A stretch of DNA of 64,000 nucleotides from contig VRMN01000003.1 of assembly GCA_008690995.1 (NCBI GenBank), positions 744,001 to 808,000 on the forward strand. The letters run 5' to 3'. Origin of the DNA: Porphyridium purpureum. Its lineage: Eukaryota. Position numbers and translations under genes: made by a program. Each line of letters begins with the position of its first letter. Position 1 is the stretch's first letter. The notes beneath the pieces are model-generated. The model worked only from the letters and a program-made list of their open reading frames with translations, was not told the origin of the DNA and made no database searches. Below are positions 31,722-42,992 of the stretch, one piece after another.

Positions 31722-32920
31722 CTATTCCAGCTTTAGTATGCGTGCGCTCCGGCGCACGTGCACCGTCGAGCGACCAGCGACACTATGACTGCGCTGCTTT
31801 CCGACCACCTTTTCAGCTTTCTGGGCGATCGCAATGGTTCGGCTGGTGACTTTGCTGACCCTTTTCTCCGCCACGGGTCTCTCTTTCTGACCTCGATTTT
31901 CATACACGATCAGATTACCCGCCGGAAGTAGCAGTGTGCCGTTTGAGTAGGACGTCAGCATTACCTCGGCCTCCAGCAAGCTCGCGGGGCGCCGCCAATG
32001 GCTGGCTTTACGTTGTGCAGATGGAACCACGGCTGTCGTACGGCCACCAACCGTTGACATTTGAATAATCGTTCCATCGCTCATTCGCGAGCTGCCATTC
32101 GGTCCTGCTCCCCAACGATAGTGGAAGAGCCAGTGATCGGGATAATAGTTTAGCTTACCGCTTTCCTGAATGCAACGACACGCTTCCAAACATACCGACG
32201 CAATGGCATCAAAGACGGCATTGCAGCAATCCTCGTTCATGCTACTGCAAGGCGTGCTCGGGTGGATCGCAGCACGAAAGCACACTTCGTCCGCGATCCA
32301 GTTGCCCACGCCCGACACGGCGCGGTTCTGGTCCAGCAGAACAGCCTTGAGGGGTGCGTTGGTATTTTTCAGGACGGCAACGAAAGGTGCGCGCTGAAAG
32401 TCGAGCGTCGTAGGATCCGGCGCCAAGCCGGCGATTGGCTCTTCCAGCTCCGGATTCGCGCTTCCGATGCGGATCCGTGCGAGGCGTCTCGGGTCTACCA
32501 ATGCAAGATGTGTGTCGTGCCCAAACGTGATCACGACCTTGGAAAATCGCGGGGGCCACACCGATGCGTCAACGCGAACATCTTTGTACTGATACGCGTG
32601 CACGTCCTTGACCACAAACATGCCGGTCATGCCAAAGTGGAACAGCACTGCGTTCCGGGTCTTTTCCTTTGCGCCGGAGCCGTCTTCGCCCGCCGACTCG
32701 AGGATGATCCAGAGCTGCTTTCCCTTGCGGCCGACGTGCACGACGCGCTTGCGGGCCAGCAGCGCGGCGCGCAGCGCCTCCTCCGAGCAGTCGCGCACGA
32801 CGAGCTCATCGAACTGGCTATCCGCCCCGCCCTCGCGCGAATGGACGGCCGTCACCTCCTGCCCAGGCAGTGCGCGCGCAGCAGCTGCTGCGCAGCGAAC
32901 ACTTCCGGCAGCTCCGGCAT
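31722..32920 (-). CDS. FPG: Formamidopyrimidine-DNA glycosylase (Fpg/MutM, plant/fungal type) with a frameshift near 32855
   Basis: The catalytic N-terminus MPELPEV starts at ATG 32920 but hits TGA at 32854-32852. The body (GRKGKQLW, HFGMTG, WPPRFSK, DPRRLARI, LLDQ..VSGVGNWIADE, VGGRTTAVVP) is in another frame; adding one G to AGGAGG|TG restores LGRRVTAV. Confidence 0.9.
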
Positions 32921-33001
32921 CGCAACCGATCCCACGCGCGCGTGCGACCTCACCCCAGTCGCTGCGCACCTTTCAAGTCCCAGCGCCTCGGCAACACGCC
33001 G

Positions 33002-33041
33002 ACTGTACCACCACTGTACTTTCACTGTCCTCCCGCTGTAC
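33002..33041. promoter_or_regulatory. Cluster of ACTGTAC-like heptamers in the Fpg/ACC1 divergent intergenic region (example of a recurrent candidate cis-element)
   Basis: ACTGTAC at 33002 and 33013, variants ACTGTCC at 33024 and GCTGTAC at 33035. The same motif is paired upstream of several other genes. Confidence 0.5.
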
Positions 33042-33420
33042 CCAATTCTTGCCGTGCATGACTGCGCGCACGGTGTGTGGGCGTGGGCCCGAATGCCAAA
33101 TGCATGCACGTTAAGAGCGACCGCACGTGGCGACGGCCATAGCAAATCCGCCTCGGTTCATAGGCTCGTGCCGAGATCTCGCAGTCACACACGTACGCAC
33201 AAGGCTGCGGCGCATGAACGTGCGCGGCGCGATCGGTGGCGCGCGGGAATGCACGCGCGGACTCGGGTGTGCGCGGCAGCCAGGCAAGGGTCACGAGGAG
33301 CGCGAGCACGCGGGTGCGCGGGAGGGCCAGCGTGACGCGCTGAACTGACTCGGCTCAAGCCCGCGGCAGCGCGTCCGGCGCGTGAGTGGTGCGTGACGTA
33401 CGACTGCGGCCCAGCCCAGC

Positions 33421-36400
33421 ATGGCAGCAGAGCAGCATGACGTGAACGGCTCCCTGGCGAGAAACGACAGTATGGAGAAGCGCCCGTCCTTGCAGCTGCC
33501 AGGGCTCGTGCCTCCGTTTGGCAGTAGCCCGCGGCATACAGTGTCAGTGGACGCCCTGCCGGCAGGCGGCAGGCGCGCGCTGAGAGCGCGCAGTGTGCTT
33601 AAAGACTACGTGGACAAGATGGGCGGCACCAGGGTCCTGCAGCGGCTGCTCGTCGCGAACAACGGGATTGCGGCCGTCAAGTGCATTCGATCCATCCGCA
33701 CGTGGGTGTACGAGACGCTCGGCGACGAGCGGCTCATTGAGTTTGTCGTGATGGCAACGCCTGAGGACATTGCGGCGAATGCCGAGTACGTGCGAATGGC
33801 AGACCACATGGTGCCCGTGCCAGGCGGATCCAACAAAAACAATTATGCCAACGTGCGTCTCATCACAGAAATAGCAGTAGAGTATCACTGCGATGGCGTT
33901 TGGGCAGGTTGGGGCCACGCGTCGGAGAACCCACAGCTGCCGCGCTCGCTGCATGCACTGGGTCTCACATTTCTCGGGCCTGGCCCAGAAGCCATGTACG
34001 CGCTTGGCGACAAGGTCGCGTCCACGATCATTGCTCAATCGGCCGGCGTGCCTTGCACAGCATGGTCTGGCGATGGAATAACCGTCAAGTATGCCGATGA
34101 AGGCTGCGTGCCAGACGCTATTTTTCGCTCGGCCTGCGTGTTCTCGGCCGAGGAGGCGCAAGCGTGCGCAAACCGAATTGGTTATCCAGTTATGATCAAG
34201 GCCTCAGAAGGTGGCGGGGGCAAGGGCATTCGTATGGTGGCAACCCCTGACGCAATCACAGGGGCGTTCCGGCAGGTCGCTGGAGAAGTAGCCGGCAGTC
34301 CTATCTTTGTCATGAAAGTGCTTCACGGGGCGCGCCATCTCGAGGTGCAGCTGGTCGCAGATGAGCACGGCAACGCGATTGCTCTATGGGGCAGGGACTG
34401 CTCGGTGCAGCGACGACACCAAAAGATCATTGAAGAGGGCCCTCCAATTGCGGCAGACCCGGTGCACTGGAGACACTTGGAAGATGCTGCGGTGAGACTA
34501 GCGAAAGAGGTCGGATACGTCGGCGCAGGAACAGTCGAGTATTTGTACATTGAGCGCCCCAAGCCAGGCGACCCACAATTCACTTTTCTTGAATTGAATC
34601 CGCGCCTGCAGGTGGAGCACCCAGTGACCGAGTGGATCACGGGTGTGAATATCCCTGCATTGCAGCTCACCGTCGCCATGGGCATCCCGTTGGGTGCCAT
34701 TCGGTCCATTCAGCGTTTGTTTGGGGCAGCGAATGCGGATGAGCTTCCGGACGGGCACGTAGTCGACGTGTCGGACTTGGGCAAGCGCCTCGCGCCGCTA
34801 GGCCATGTTATCGCATGCCGCATAACTGCAGAAAATGCCCTTGCTGGGTTTCAGCCCACAAGTGGCGCAATTCGGGAGCTAACGTTCCGTACTTCGCCGA
34901 ATGTTTGGGGCTACTTCTCTGTAGTCTCACAGAGCTCGATACACGAATTTGCAGACTCGCAATTTGGTCACTTATTTGCCTTTGGCAAAACGAGGGACGC
35001 GGCCAGACGCAGCATGGTGATCGCCCTGAAGGAAATATCCATTCGTGGTGACATCCATAATACTGTGGAGTATTTGATCACGCTGCTGGAACGTCAGGAC
35101 TATCGCGACAATCAGTTTGACACCACATGGCTTGACCGCCTGATCAAGGAGAAGATCGCACCAGAGAAGCCATCTTCATCCCTTGCGGTGATTGCCGGTG
35201 CCGTATGCCGCGCGCACGCAGACTTTGAAAAGCGCAAGGCGCTGTTCGTATCCAGTTTGGACCGCGGCCAGCTTCCGTCGCTTGATGACACGCTTGTCGA
35301 GTTTTATGTTGAATTGATTTTGGAAGATACCAAGTACAGGCTCTGCGTGACGCGCACTGCGCCTGACGCGCTGGCAGTGGATCTGTCTGGTGTACGGGTT
35401 GATGTTGAATACCATCCACTCGTGGACAGTGGCATTCTGATCATTGTTGGTGGTCGCTCGCACGTCGTGTATGCTCATGAGGATAATACGGGCTTTCGCA
35501 TGAGCCTAGACGGCAAATCATGCTTGTTCGAGAAGGAATATGACCCCACACGGCTCGTTAGCGCAGTGAATGGGAAGCTGGTGCGTTTCTTGGCTTTGGA
35601 CGGGCAGCCGGTCGCCAAGGGTGCGCCTTATGCGGAGCTTGAGGTAATGAAGATGTACCTGACGTTGACTGCACCCGAAAGCGGCAGAGTGCACCATCGC
35701 AAAGCGGAGGGATCATCGATCGCAACCGGTGAGCTGGTGGCTGAGCTGGAGTTGGATGATCCGAACATGGTGAAGCGCGCGGTGGCGTTTACGGGTGAAG
35801 TAGATCCAGAGATACAGCATCTTCTGAAGGTTCGCTCCGCCGCATGCAAGGAGCCACATAAGCGCTTCAAGCAGCTGCTGGAGCACGTTAACCTGCTCAT
35901 GTCCGGCTTTCAGCGAGACGAGGTGTGCCTGGACGAGCTGCTTTCTATTCTAGACGAACCGTCTGTTGTAGTGACTGTTCTGCAAGACTCTCTCGCGGCT
36001 CTAGTAGGCCGTCTTCCACGTTCGCTGTACGAGCTACTGGAAGAAGAATTGAGAGGAGAGCTGGGGCATTACGTTGGTGGGAATAAGGCCAGCAAGAACC
36101 CGAGTGTCAGCGTTAAATCCAGCAGCCTTACCATGACGGCGGATGCGAATGGTGACTTGGGCAGCGATTCCCAATATCACGATGAGCTCGAGAGGGATGC
36201 ATGGCAGACTGCTTCACAGAGCGACAGGTTGCATTCTGAGACATCGCGATTACTGCAGGTCATGGACACTTTTGTGGAGACAAAGGTTGTACGCTCCGAG
36301 CGAGACAGCATCATGGAGTGCCTGCTGCCCGTGCGTACAGTGTTGAGCCGTTACGCTGCTATGGAGAGTGTTGGGCCCGTGGTGGTCTGTGCATTGCTGG

Positions 36401-39400
36401 AGAAGTTTCTCTACACTGAAAAGCCGTTTTCGTCTTCGAAGCGCTCACAAGACGTGTTATTTGATATGCGCGACACATATCGTTCGGAGCTAGGCAAGGT
36501 GGTAGACTTGGCTGTTTCGCACATGCAGGCGGCGCGCAAGTCGGCCCTTGTGTTGCGGATGCTGGACTATCTGGAGGAACACGAGACTGCCTTGAACTAT
36601 ACCCCATTGAAGGCGTGCTTACACGAGTTGAGTCAATTTTCAGCAGCGAAGAAAGCGTATGGCGACGTTCCGCTGCGCGCCCGACTCATGCTCGCGAATG
36701 CAAGCAAACCCCGCTTCCGCAAACGCTGGCAAGACTTGCGTGCGAGTATTCTAGAAATCATTGCACAAACTGAAGACGGCAGCTTGGGCGAACTGGACCA
36801 AAATGCAATGCATCACGTTCGTGCCGATGCTCTGCGTGCGCTAGTGGAAAGTCAGAATCCGCTGCAAGATGTGCTTGTTGGACTCATGCTCGAGCCGAAC
36901 ACGCCGTACTTGCCAATCAGTATGAGCTCACACCGCAGGAATGCAAGCATGTTGAGTTTAAGCAACAGTGGCAATGTTGGGAACGGGTACGGTGGTTCGT
37001 CACCGTACATGGGTGTAGGTGCGAATCAGAACCAGAGCCAGACGCGACTTGTTCACCCGGACGCTTCGCCTGCGCGCACACTGGACACGAGCGCGTTGGA
37101 TCAGTCTCAGCCACGGCTACCATCGGAGACGCTAGAGGCAGTGCGTCGTATTGCCACAGAGCTCCATGTCATGCGTGCATTCCGCGCATACGAACTGTAC
37201 GACCTAATGGTGGAGTCGCGGAGTCAAGGCATTATTTGTGCCACGTGGCGTTTTCACTATTCGCAGAGCAAGTACGGTGCGCGGCTGCAGTCGCTAGGCC
37301 TAACGACGGCACTGGGTGGGCTCGGCTTGGGTGGTAGTGGCGGATTGGACAAGGCGTCGGTGTTTGTCACTTCCCACGACTCGGCTGACAATCTGGCCGG
37401 GCAAGATTCGAAGCTCGCGTTCCGCGCGGGGGTGCTTGCTGTTTTCCCGCATTGGGATGTGATGGTGCAGTGTCTTAATAGCCTACTGGAACAGAACATC
37501 GCGGAGGAGTCGGACATCACTGCCACGGCGCATGCGAGCGTAAACGTAATGACGGTGGTTGTACCCTTTTCGTTTGCGAACACACACACATCAGAAGTGC
37601 AAGCTCACAGTGAAGGTCAGATCAGTGATGCTGTGCAAAAGTTTTTGCGTGCTGATAGCCCGCAGCGCCAGGCGCTGTTTCTCAAGTCAGGAATCAAAAT
37701 GGTCACGTTCATTGTGGAGTCGCGCTCTCACTCGGGTAGTGTGTACCCAGGCTTCTACACCTTTCGCGTGCAGCAGGATTTCCAGGAGGACATGATTTAT
37801 CGTCATATTGATCAGTCCATGGCTTTTCAGTTGGAGCTTAGCCGGCTCGCGCATTTCGATATCACGCGCTTTGAGTATCCAAACCGCTCCATCAATGTGT
37901 TTTTCGCACAGAGCAAGAAGGCAAAGAAACCTTCGCTGGCTAAATCTAGCGAAACGAATGCAGCAGATGGCGCAGGAGCAGCCTCGGCGCCTGGCGCCGC
38001 GATTCCTTCAGCACCTGGTACCGCCGCCTCTGCAACATCGGTATCCGGAAATGCAAGGGATACGGACGCACGATTTTTTGTGAGAGCGGTGATTCGACAG
38101 GCAGATATATTTTCCTCGCCAAGCGAAGTTGTTGTGGCGATCCCAGAGGCCGAGCGGGCGTTTTCGGAGGCGCTGGACGCGCTCGAGGTGGGCCGATTTG
38201 ACCGTCGGTTTCAGCGCACAGACTTCAATCACATTTTCCTGAATCTAATTCCTGTCCTCAACATTGACGTAGAAGACGTGGAGGCTATCTGTCGACGCAT
38301 TTTCTTCCGATACGCATCGCGCTGCTGGAAGTTACGCGTTTTCGCAGTGGAGCTGCGCGTTGTGGCTCGCAAGAGTACCACGCTGCAGACCGTGCCACTT
38401 CGTTTCTTACTGTTCAACCCAACCGGCCACATGCTTCGCGTCGAAGGGTACATGGAGCAGCCGGACGCGGTGACTGGCATGCTGCGCCTCTCGAACATTG
38501 ATCGTGATAATCCTGGTCACATGCATGGCGTTCCGGTGCTTGAACCGTACAAGCCGATGGATCGTCTGCAGCGAAACCAAGTTATGGCACAAAGCATGGA
38601 GACGACCTATCTGTACGATTTTGAGCACCTCTTTGTCAAGGAATTGCAGGATCGGTGGCGCAAGTATTCTCAGTCACGCTTGCTGGGTGGTTTCCGTCGG
38701 CACAAGATTCCGCTTCGCCTGCTGGACGTGGTGGAGCTCGTGCTGGACGACGACAAACAGGAGCAGCTGGTTGAGACGCGCCGCGCGCCGGGCTTAAACA
38801 CGATCGGAATGGTGGCATGGCGGTACACTATGTACACCCCCGAATACCCGAGCGGGAGACAAGTAATTGTGATTGCGAACGATATCACGCACTTGTCTGG
38901 TAGCTTTGGGCCGCAAGAGGATATGCTGTTCAAACGCGCGAGCGAGCTTGCCCGCAAGGAAAAAATTCCGCGCGTCTTTTTGGCAACAAACTCGGGCGCA
39001 CGCATTGGTCTTTCTGAAGAGGTGCGCCGAAAGTTCAAAGTGGACTGGGTGGATGTGAAAGAGCCTTCCAAAGGCTTTCATGGTTTGTACTTGGACGCAG
39101 AGGATGCATCGAAGATGTCTCAGAGCGGGAGCGTTGTACTTGAGGAGCAGCAGCTACAGAACCAGCAGCTGCGACAGGACGTCGCTGAAGAAGGTCTTGA
39201 AACAGATCATCGCAGCACCGAGAACGGGAAGAAGACGAAAATCAGCTGCATTATCGGAAGTGAGAGTGGGCTTGGTGTTGAGAACTTGATGGGATCTGGG
39301 TTGATTGCCGGAGAAACAAGCGATGCGTACGAATCGACTTTTACGCTTACCTATGTGACGGCGCGCAGTGTCGGTATCGGTGCGTATCTTGTTCGGCTCG

Positions 39401-41139
39401 GACAACGTGTCATCCAGAAGGAGAGCGGCGCTCCGATTATTTTAACTGGTCATGCCGCGCTCAACAAGGTTCTCGGGCGCGAGGTTTACGTCACGAACGA
39501 GCAGCTGGGCGGTGTCAAAGTGATGTATCCGAACGGCGTTTCGCATTTACTTGTCAAGGATGACATCCAAGGCGTTGGCGCGATCCTGGATTGGTTAAGC
39601 TACGTACCCCGCAAGCGCGGCGAGCGTCTTCCCGTCACCGACTCGATGGATCCCATCAACCGACCGATCCAAACGGCGCCGTCGTCTTCACCATCTGACC
39701 CACGCGACATGCTCGCCGGACACGTCGTGTCCTCTGGAGATGATCAAAACCGCGACGGCTTTCTTCTTGGCTTCTTTGATCGTGGATCTTGGTGCGAAAC
39801 GCTGGGCGGCTGGGCCAAGACGGTTGTCACTGGACGCGCGCGACTCGGCGGCATTCCGTGTGGTGTGATAGCAGTAGAGACCCGCACAGTCGAGAAAATT
39901 GTCCCAGCAGACCCAGCGTCGCCAGAGACTCGCGAGAGTGTATCGGTTCAGGCGGGCCAAGTGTGGTATCCAGATTCCGCGCAGAAGACCGCGCAGACGA
40001 TTCGCGACTTTGGCGGTGAGGAGCTGCCACTCTTTATCTTTGCCAATTGGCGTGGGTTCAGCGGCGGCATGCGGGATATGTTTGACGAAGTGCTGAAAGC
40101 GGGCAGTCTGATTGTGGATGCGTTGCGTGTGTACAAGCAGCCAATTTTTATCTACATCCCACCGCACGGTGAGCTGCGCGGCGGTGCGTGGGTGGTGGTG
40201 GATACTCAAATCAACCCGCACCATATAGAAATGTACGCGGACCCGTCGTCACGGGGCGGGGTTCTTGAGCCGGAGGGCACGGTGGAGGTCAAGTATCGCC
40301 GACGCGATCTCATTAAGACCATGCACCGCCTTGACCCGGAACTCAGGCGCCTGGACGAGCGACTGACGGGCGTCAGTCAGCACAACGTCAGCGAGTCTTC
40401 AGGTATGTTGGTGTTGGACGAGGAAAAGAAGCGTGCGATCCAGGACGCCATTTCGGCTCGCGAGATACTGCTGTTACCTGTATACAAGCAGATCGCCATT
40501 TCGTTTGCCGATCTTCACGATACCCCAGGCCGTATGCTTGCGATGCGTGCCATCCGCCGCGTGGTGCCATGGGCGCAGGCTCGTGACTTTTTCTATTGGC
40601 GTCTGCAACGCCGACTTGCCGAGTACCGCATAGAGGCGCAGTGCCTTGACGCCAACCCAACCCTGTCACTGTCCGATGTTCGTGCGCTGATGAGGCGCTG
40701 GGCGGAAATGGCAGAAGAGGTCGAGGACTACGAGGACGACCGTGCGGTCTTTGAGTGGATTGAAGATTCAGAAGAGGCCATGAACAAGCGTGTGGAGAAG
40801 CTCCGGCAGGAATACATTGCGAATCAAACGTGCAATCTGGGTCAGACCTCAGTGGACGGCTTCCTAGACGGAGTGGAGGAGCTTCTGCGGAGCATGGACA
40901 AAAGCCAGCGACAATACTTCATACGTTCGCTCCAGGACCGCGTCAGCAATGCTGAAACGCCTGGCCGCGCACGCTCTGGGTTCTTATCACATTTCCGCTG
41001 GGACCGGAACCCAACGACGGCTAGTAACTCTTCGACTGTGACGGCCATGGGGGCGACCGCTGCGTCAACGGCATCCCCTGCGAAGCTGTCAGAGAAGGAG
41101 AAACCCCAGTCTGTTCCGCCGAACTTGCCGCTCGAGTAG
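33421..41139 (+). CDS. ACC1: Acetyl-CoA carboxylase, homomeric eukaryotic (cytosolic) type
   Basis: LVANNGIAAVK, GWGHASENP, RDCSVQRRHQK, ELNPRLQVEH, the biotin motif EVMKM, and carboxyltransferase motifs NSGARIG, ANWRGFSGG and GELRGGAWVV. Single 2572-aa ORF. Confidence 0.98.
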   Translation: MAAEQHDVNGSLARNDSMEKRPSLQLPGLVPPFGSSPRHTVSVDALPAGGRRALRARSVLKDYVDKMGGTRVLQRLLVANNGIAAVKCIRSIRTWVYETLGDERLIEFVVMATPEDIAANAEYVRMADHMVPVPGGSNKNNYANVRLITEIAVEYHCDGVWAGWGHASENPQLPRSLHALGLTFLGPGPEAMYALGDKVASTIIAQSAGVPCTAWSGDGITVKYADEGCVPDAIFRSACVFSAEEAQACANRIGYPVMIKASEGGGGKGIRMVATPDAITGAFRQVAGEVAGSPIFVMKVLHGARHLEVQLVADEHGNAIALWGRDCSVQRRHQKIIEEGPPIAADPVHWRHLEDAAVRLAKEVGYVGAGTVEYLYIERPKPGDPQFTFLELNPRLQVEHPVTEWITGVNIPALQLTVAMGIPLGAIRSIQRLFGAANADELPDGHVVDVSDLGKRLAPLGHVIACRITAENALAGFQPTSGAIRELTFRTSPNVWGYFSVVSQSSIHEFADSQFGHLFAFGKTRDAARRSMVIALKEISIRGDIHNTVEYLITLLERQDYRDNQFDTTWLDRLIKEKIAPEKPSSSLAVIAGAVCRAHADFEKRKALFVSSLDRGQLPSLDDTLVEFYVELILEDTKYRLCVTRTAPDALAVDLSGVRVDVEYHPLVDSGILIIVGGRSHVVYAHEDNTGFRMSLDGKSCLFEKEYDPTRLVSAVNGKLVRFLALDGQPVAKGAPYAELEVMKMYLTLTAPESGRVHHRKAEGSSIATGELVAELELDDPNMVKRAVAFTGEVDPEIQHLLKVRSAACKEPHKRFKQLLEHVNLLMSGFQRDEVCLDELLSILDEPSVVVTVLQDSLAALVGRLPRSLYELLEEELRGELGHYVGGNKASKNPSVSVKSSSLTMTADANGDLGSDSQYHDELERDAWQTASQSDRLHSETSRLLQVMDTFVETKVVRSERDSIMECLLPVRTVLSRYAAMESVGPVVVCALLEKFLYTEKPFSSSKRSQDVLFDMRDTYRSELGKVVDLAVSHMQAARKSALVLRMLDYLEEHETALNYTPLKACLHELSQFSAAKKAYGDVPLRARLMLANASKPRFRKRWQDLRASILEIIAQTEDGSLGELDQNAMHHVRADALRALVESQNPLQDVLVGLMLEPNTPYLPISMSSHRRNASMLSLSNSGNVGNGYGGSSPYMGVGANQNQSQTRLVHPDASPARTLDTSALDQSQPRLPSETLEAVRRIATELHVMRAFRAYELYDLMVESRSQGIICATWRFHYSQSKYGARLQSLGLTTALGGLGLGGSGGLDKASVFVTSHDSADNLAGQDSKLAFRAGVLAVFPHWDVMVQCLNSLLEQNIAEESDITATAHASVNVMTVVVPFSFANTHTSEVQAHSEGQISDAVQKFLRADSPQRQALFLKSGIKMVTFIVESRSHSGSVYPGFYTFRVQQDFQEDMIYRHIDQSMAFQLELSRLAHFDITRFEYPNRSINVFFAQSKKAKKPSLAKSSETNAADGAGAASAPGAAIPSAPGTAASATSVSGNARDTDARFFVRAVIRQADIFSSPSEVVVAIPEAERAFSEALDALEVGRFDRRFQRTDFNHIFLNLIPVLNIDVEDVEAICRRIFFRYASRCWKLRVFAVELRVVARKSTTLQTVPLRFLLFNPTGHMLRVEGYMEQPDAVTGMLRLSNIDRDNPGHMHGVPVLEPYKPMDRLQRNQVMAQSMETTYLYDFEHLFVKELQDRWRKYSQSRLLGGFRRHKIPLRLLDVVELVLDDDKQEQLVETRRAPGLNTIGMVAWRYTMYTPEYPSGRQVIVIANDITHLSGSFGPQEDMLFKRASELARKEKIPRVFLATNSGARIGLSEEVRRKFKVDWVDVKEPSKGFHGLYLDAEDASKMSQSGSVVLEEQQLQNQQLRQDVAEEGLETDHRSTENGKKTKISCIIGSESGLGVENLMGSGLIAGETSDAYESTFTLTYVTARSVGIGAYLVRLGQRVIQKESGAPIILTGHAALNKVLGREVYVTNEQLGGVKVMYPNGVSHLLVKDDIQGVGAILDWLSYVPRKRGERLPVTDSMDPINRPIQTAPSSSPSDPRDMLAGHVVSSGDDQNRDGFLLGFFDRGSWCETLGGWAKTVVTGRARLGGIPCGVIAVETRTVEKIVPADPASPETRESVSVQAGQVWYPDSAQKTAQTIRDFGGEELPLFIFANWRGFSGGMRDMFDEVLKAGSLIVDALRVYKQPIFIYIPPHGELRGGAWVVVDTQINPHHIEMYADPSSRGGVLEPEGTVEVKYRRRDLIKTMHRLDPELRRLDERLTGVSQHNVSESSGMLVLDEEKKRAIQDAISAREILLLPVYKQIAISFADLHDTPGRMLAMRAIRRVVPWAQARDFFYWRLQRRLAEYRIEAQCLDANPTLSLSDVRALMRRWAEMAEEVEDYEDDRAVFEWIEDSEEAMNKRVEKLRQEYIANQTCNLGQTSVDGFLDGVEELLRSMDKSQRQYFIRSLQDRVSNAETPGRARSGFLSHFRWDRNPTTASNSSTVTAMGATAASTASPAKLSEKEKPQSVPPNLPLE

Positions 41140-41735
41140 AGTTAGCTGATACACGAAATAAAGAAGACAAAGGCACGAAGGCAAACGCCGTAGAGTCATG
41201 ATACCAGGTAGATTCTGTGCTCTGTCTCGACAGTAGGTGCGTGTGTCACCACGACACGCTTGGATGCGTACCACTGCTCTTCCCAGCTGTGACGGGCCGT
41301 GGCTATGGGTGCACGAAACGGCTAGCCGGATCACGTTTGTCTCATTCTAAACGTGCGAGTCGAACGCTGATGTGATCAGTTGCTGTGTCCGTGGTTGCGC
41401 CGACTCGAATGTGCCACCTCCAGTCCCGTACACGCGCAAAGAGCTCTGCACTCGGCCAGGCAGATTAGCCCGAGCGCGTGCCGCGGCGCCAGAAGGGGAC
41501 ACGCGCGTGCCCCGCACGGTACAGCGATGTGAAACGGCAACCTGCCATCTATTTTTGGTGTTTCGGCCGGATTGGGCTTCGCGGGCAACGAGAGCGCGAG
41601 CCGGAAGTGGCGCACGCGTGCAAACGGGGCGGCTTGTGGGAGAGCCGGAGCGCGCCTCGTCGCGTCACATCGCCCGAGATCGCATCCGCGGGTATCTGTT
41701 CGGACTGGTGATGATGAGACGCCCGAGCGGACACG

Positions 41736-42992
41736 ATGGCGTCAACGCATGTGAGCAGCACCAGCAGCAGCCCGGGCAGCGAGCTTGCGCCGGTAGATGC
41801 TCGGCATTCTCGGACTTGCTCCCGCGCTCGGCAAGTGGCGTCAGTCGGATCCCGGGATCAGAATGATGAGCGGGGGGACGCCGCGAGCCATGGCGGCGCT
41901 CGCGGCTGGAAACTTTTCGCAGCGGTGGCGTTGCTGCTTTGCGTGGGCGCGATCGTGGCTCACAAAAGTGATCACGCGATTGCCGCAACTTCTCGGATTG
42001 AAGCCAAGGCAGAGGTGCGGTACCTGGCGGCCTTCACTGATCGAGGGGCCCAGGAATGGGTGACCTTGCGGCAGCCAAGTCAAAGTGAAACGCCAAGTCC
42101 GAGCCCGACGCCGTCGGCTGAGCCGACGCAAGGCCCTAGTCCGATACCGACTGCAAGCCCGACGCAATCGCCGTCAGAGCTGCCGACAGAAACGCCCTCG
42201 ACGACGCCAACTGGTGAGCCGAGTGAAACGCCGACAGAGGAACCCAGTGAGACACCTAGTGCTTTGCCATCAGAGCAGCCGAGTGAATCACCAACAGAGC
42301 AGCCAAGCGAAATACCGACCGAAACACCTACGGTGATGCCAACAGAAGAACCGAGCGAGACACCAACGCCAACTCCGACACCAACATCAACTCCGACAGC
42401 GACGCCAACTCCCACGCAAACGGAGACTCCGCCGACAAGTACCCCGACCCCGACCCCGACCCCGACCCCGGAGCCCAGTGAAAGTCCCAGTTCCGAGCCG
42501 ACGATAAGCGCGTCTCCGTCACCTACACCTACGCCAGCTCCAGCATCTGGTGGTGGAGGATTGAGCACTGGTGCCATTGCCGGAATCGCCGCCGGGGCGG
42601 CGGTGGCCGTGATCTTGGTGATCACTCTGCTAGTGGTGGTGGGGATGAAAAGGCGAAAGGCACGCGGTCGTGCATCATCGGATGGCGCGTCCGCATCCGC
42701 GCGCACGGGAAGTGGCACAGGCGATGGCACGAGTGCAGCAGATGGCGCAGCAACGAATGACCCTGAGGACCCGTACATTGAATTCACGCGCAACTCGAGC
42801 AGCAGAGGCGTCGTAGACGCGATTGCCAGCGCGCTAGGTCGTGGCCGAAGCGGAAATACGGGCGTGACTGGAAGCGCGGTTTCTCCGACACCGTTTGATT
42901 CTTCGCGTCAACCCCCAGATCCCTTGAACGAGAGTAACTCGGTGCCGTTCTTCGGCTCAGTACCTCCTCGTCACAGTTACCGGCCTTCATAA
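41736..42992 (+). CDS. Mucin/extensin-like Pro/Ser/Thr/Glu-rich membrane protein
   Basis: Hydrophobic segment LFAAVALLLCVGAIVA, long EPSETPT/TP repeats, then GLSTGAIAGIAAG... TM followed by MKRRK. Confidence 0.8.
   Translation: MASTHVSSTSSSPGSELAPVDARHSRTCSRARQVASVGSRDQNDERGDAASHGGARGWKLFAAVALLLCVGAIVAHKSDHAIAATSRIEAKAEVRYLAAFTDRGAQEWVTLRQPSQSETPSPSPTPSAEPTQGPSPIPTASPTQSPSELPTETPSTTPTGEPSETPTEEPSETPSALPSEQPSESPTEQPSEIPTETPTVMPTEEPSETPTPTPTPTSTPTATPTPTQTETPPTSTPTPTPTPTPEPSESPSSEPTISASPSPTPTPAPASGGGGLSTGAIAGIAAGAAVAVILVITLLVVVGMKRRKARGRASSDGASASARTGSGTGDGTSAADGAATNDPEDPYIEFTRNSSSRGVVDAIASALGRGRSGNTGVTGSAVSPTPFDSSRQPPDPLNESNSVPFFGSVPPRHSYRPS
42080..42545 (+). repeat. Coding tandem repeats (degenerate 24-bp EPSETPTE units; (ACCCCG)5 at 42441-42470)
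   Basis: Directly visible in the DNA and protein. Confidence 0.85.

Noticed and set aside
32818..32855. 38-nt GT..AG intron that could restore the Fpg frame
   Set aside because: Arithmetically possible, but it would delete the VTAV strand expected after LGRR, has no evident branch point or pyrimidine tract, and a single missing G is simpler.
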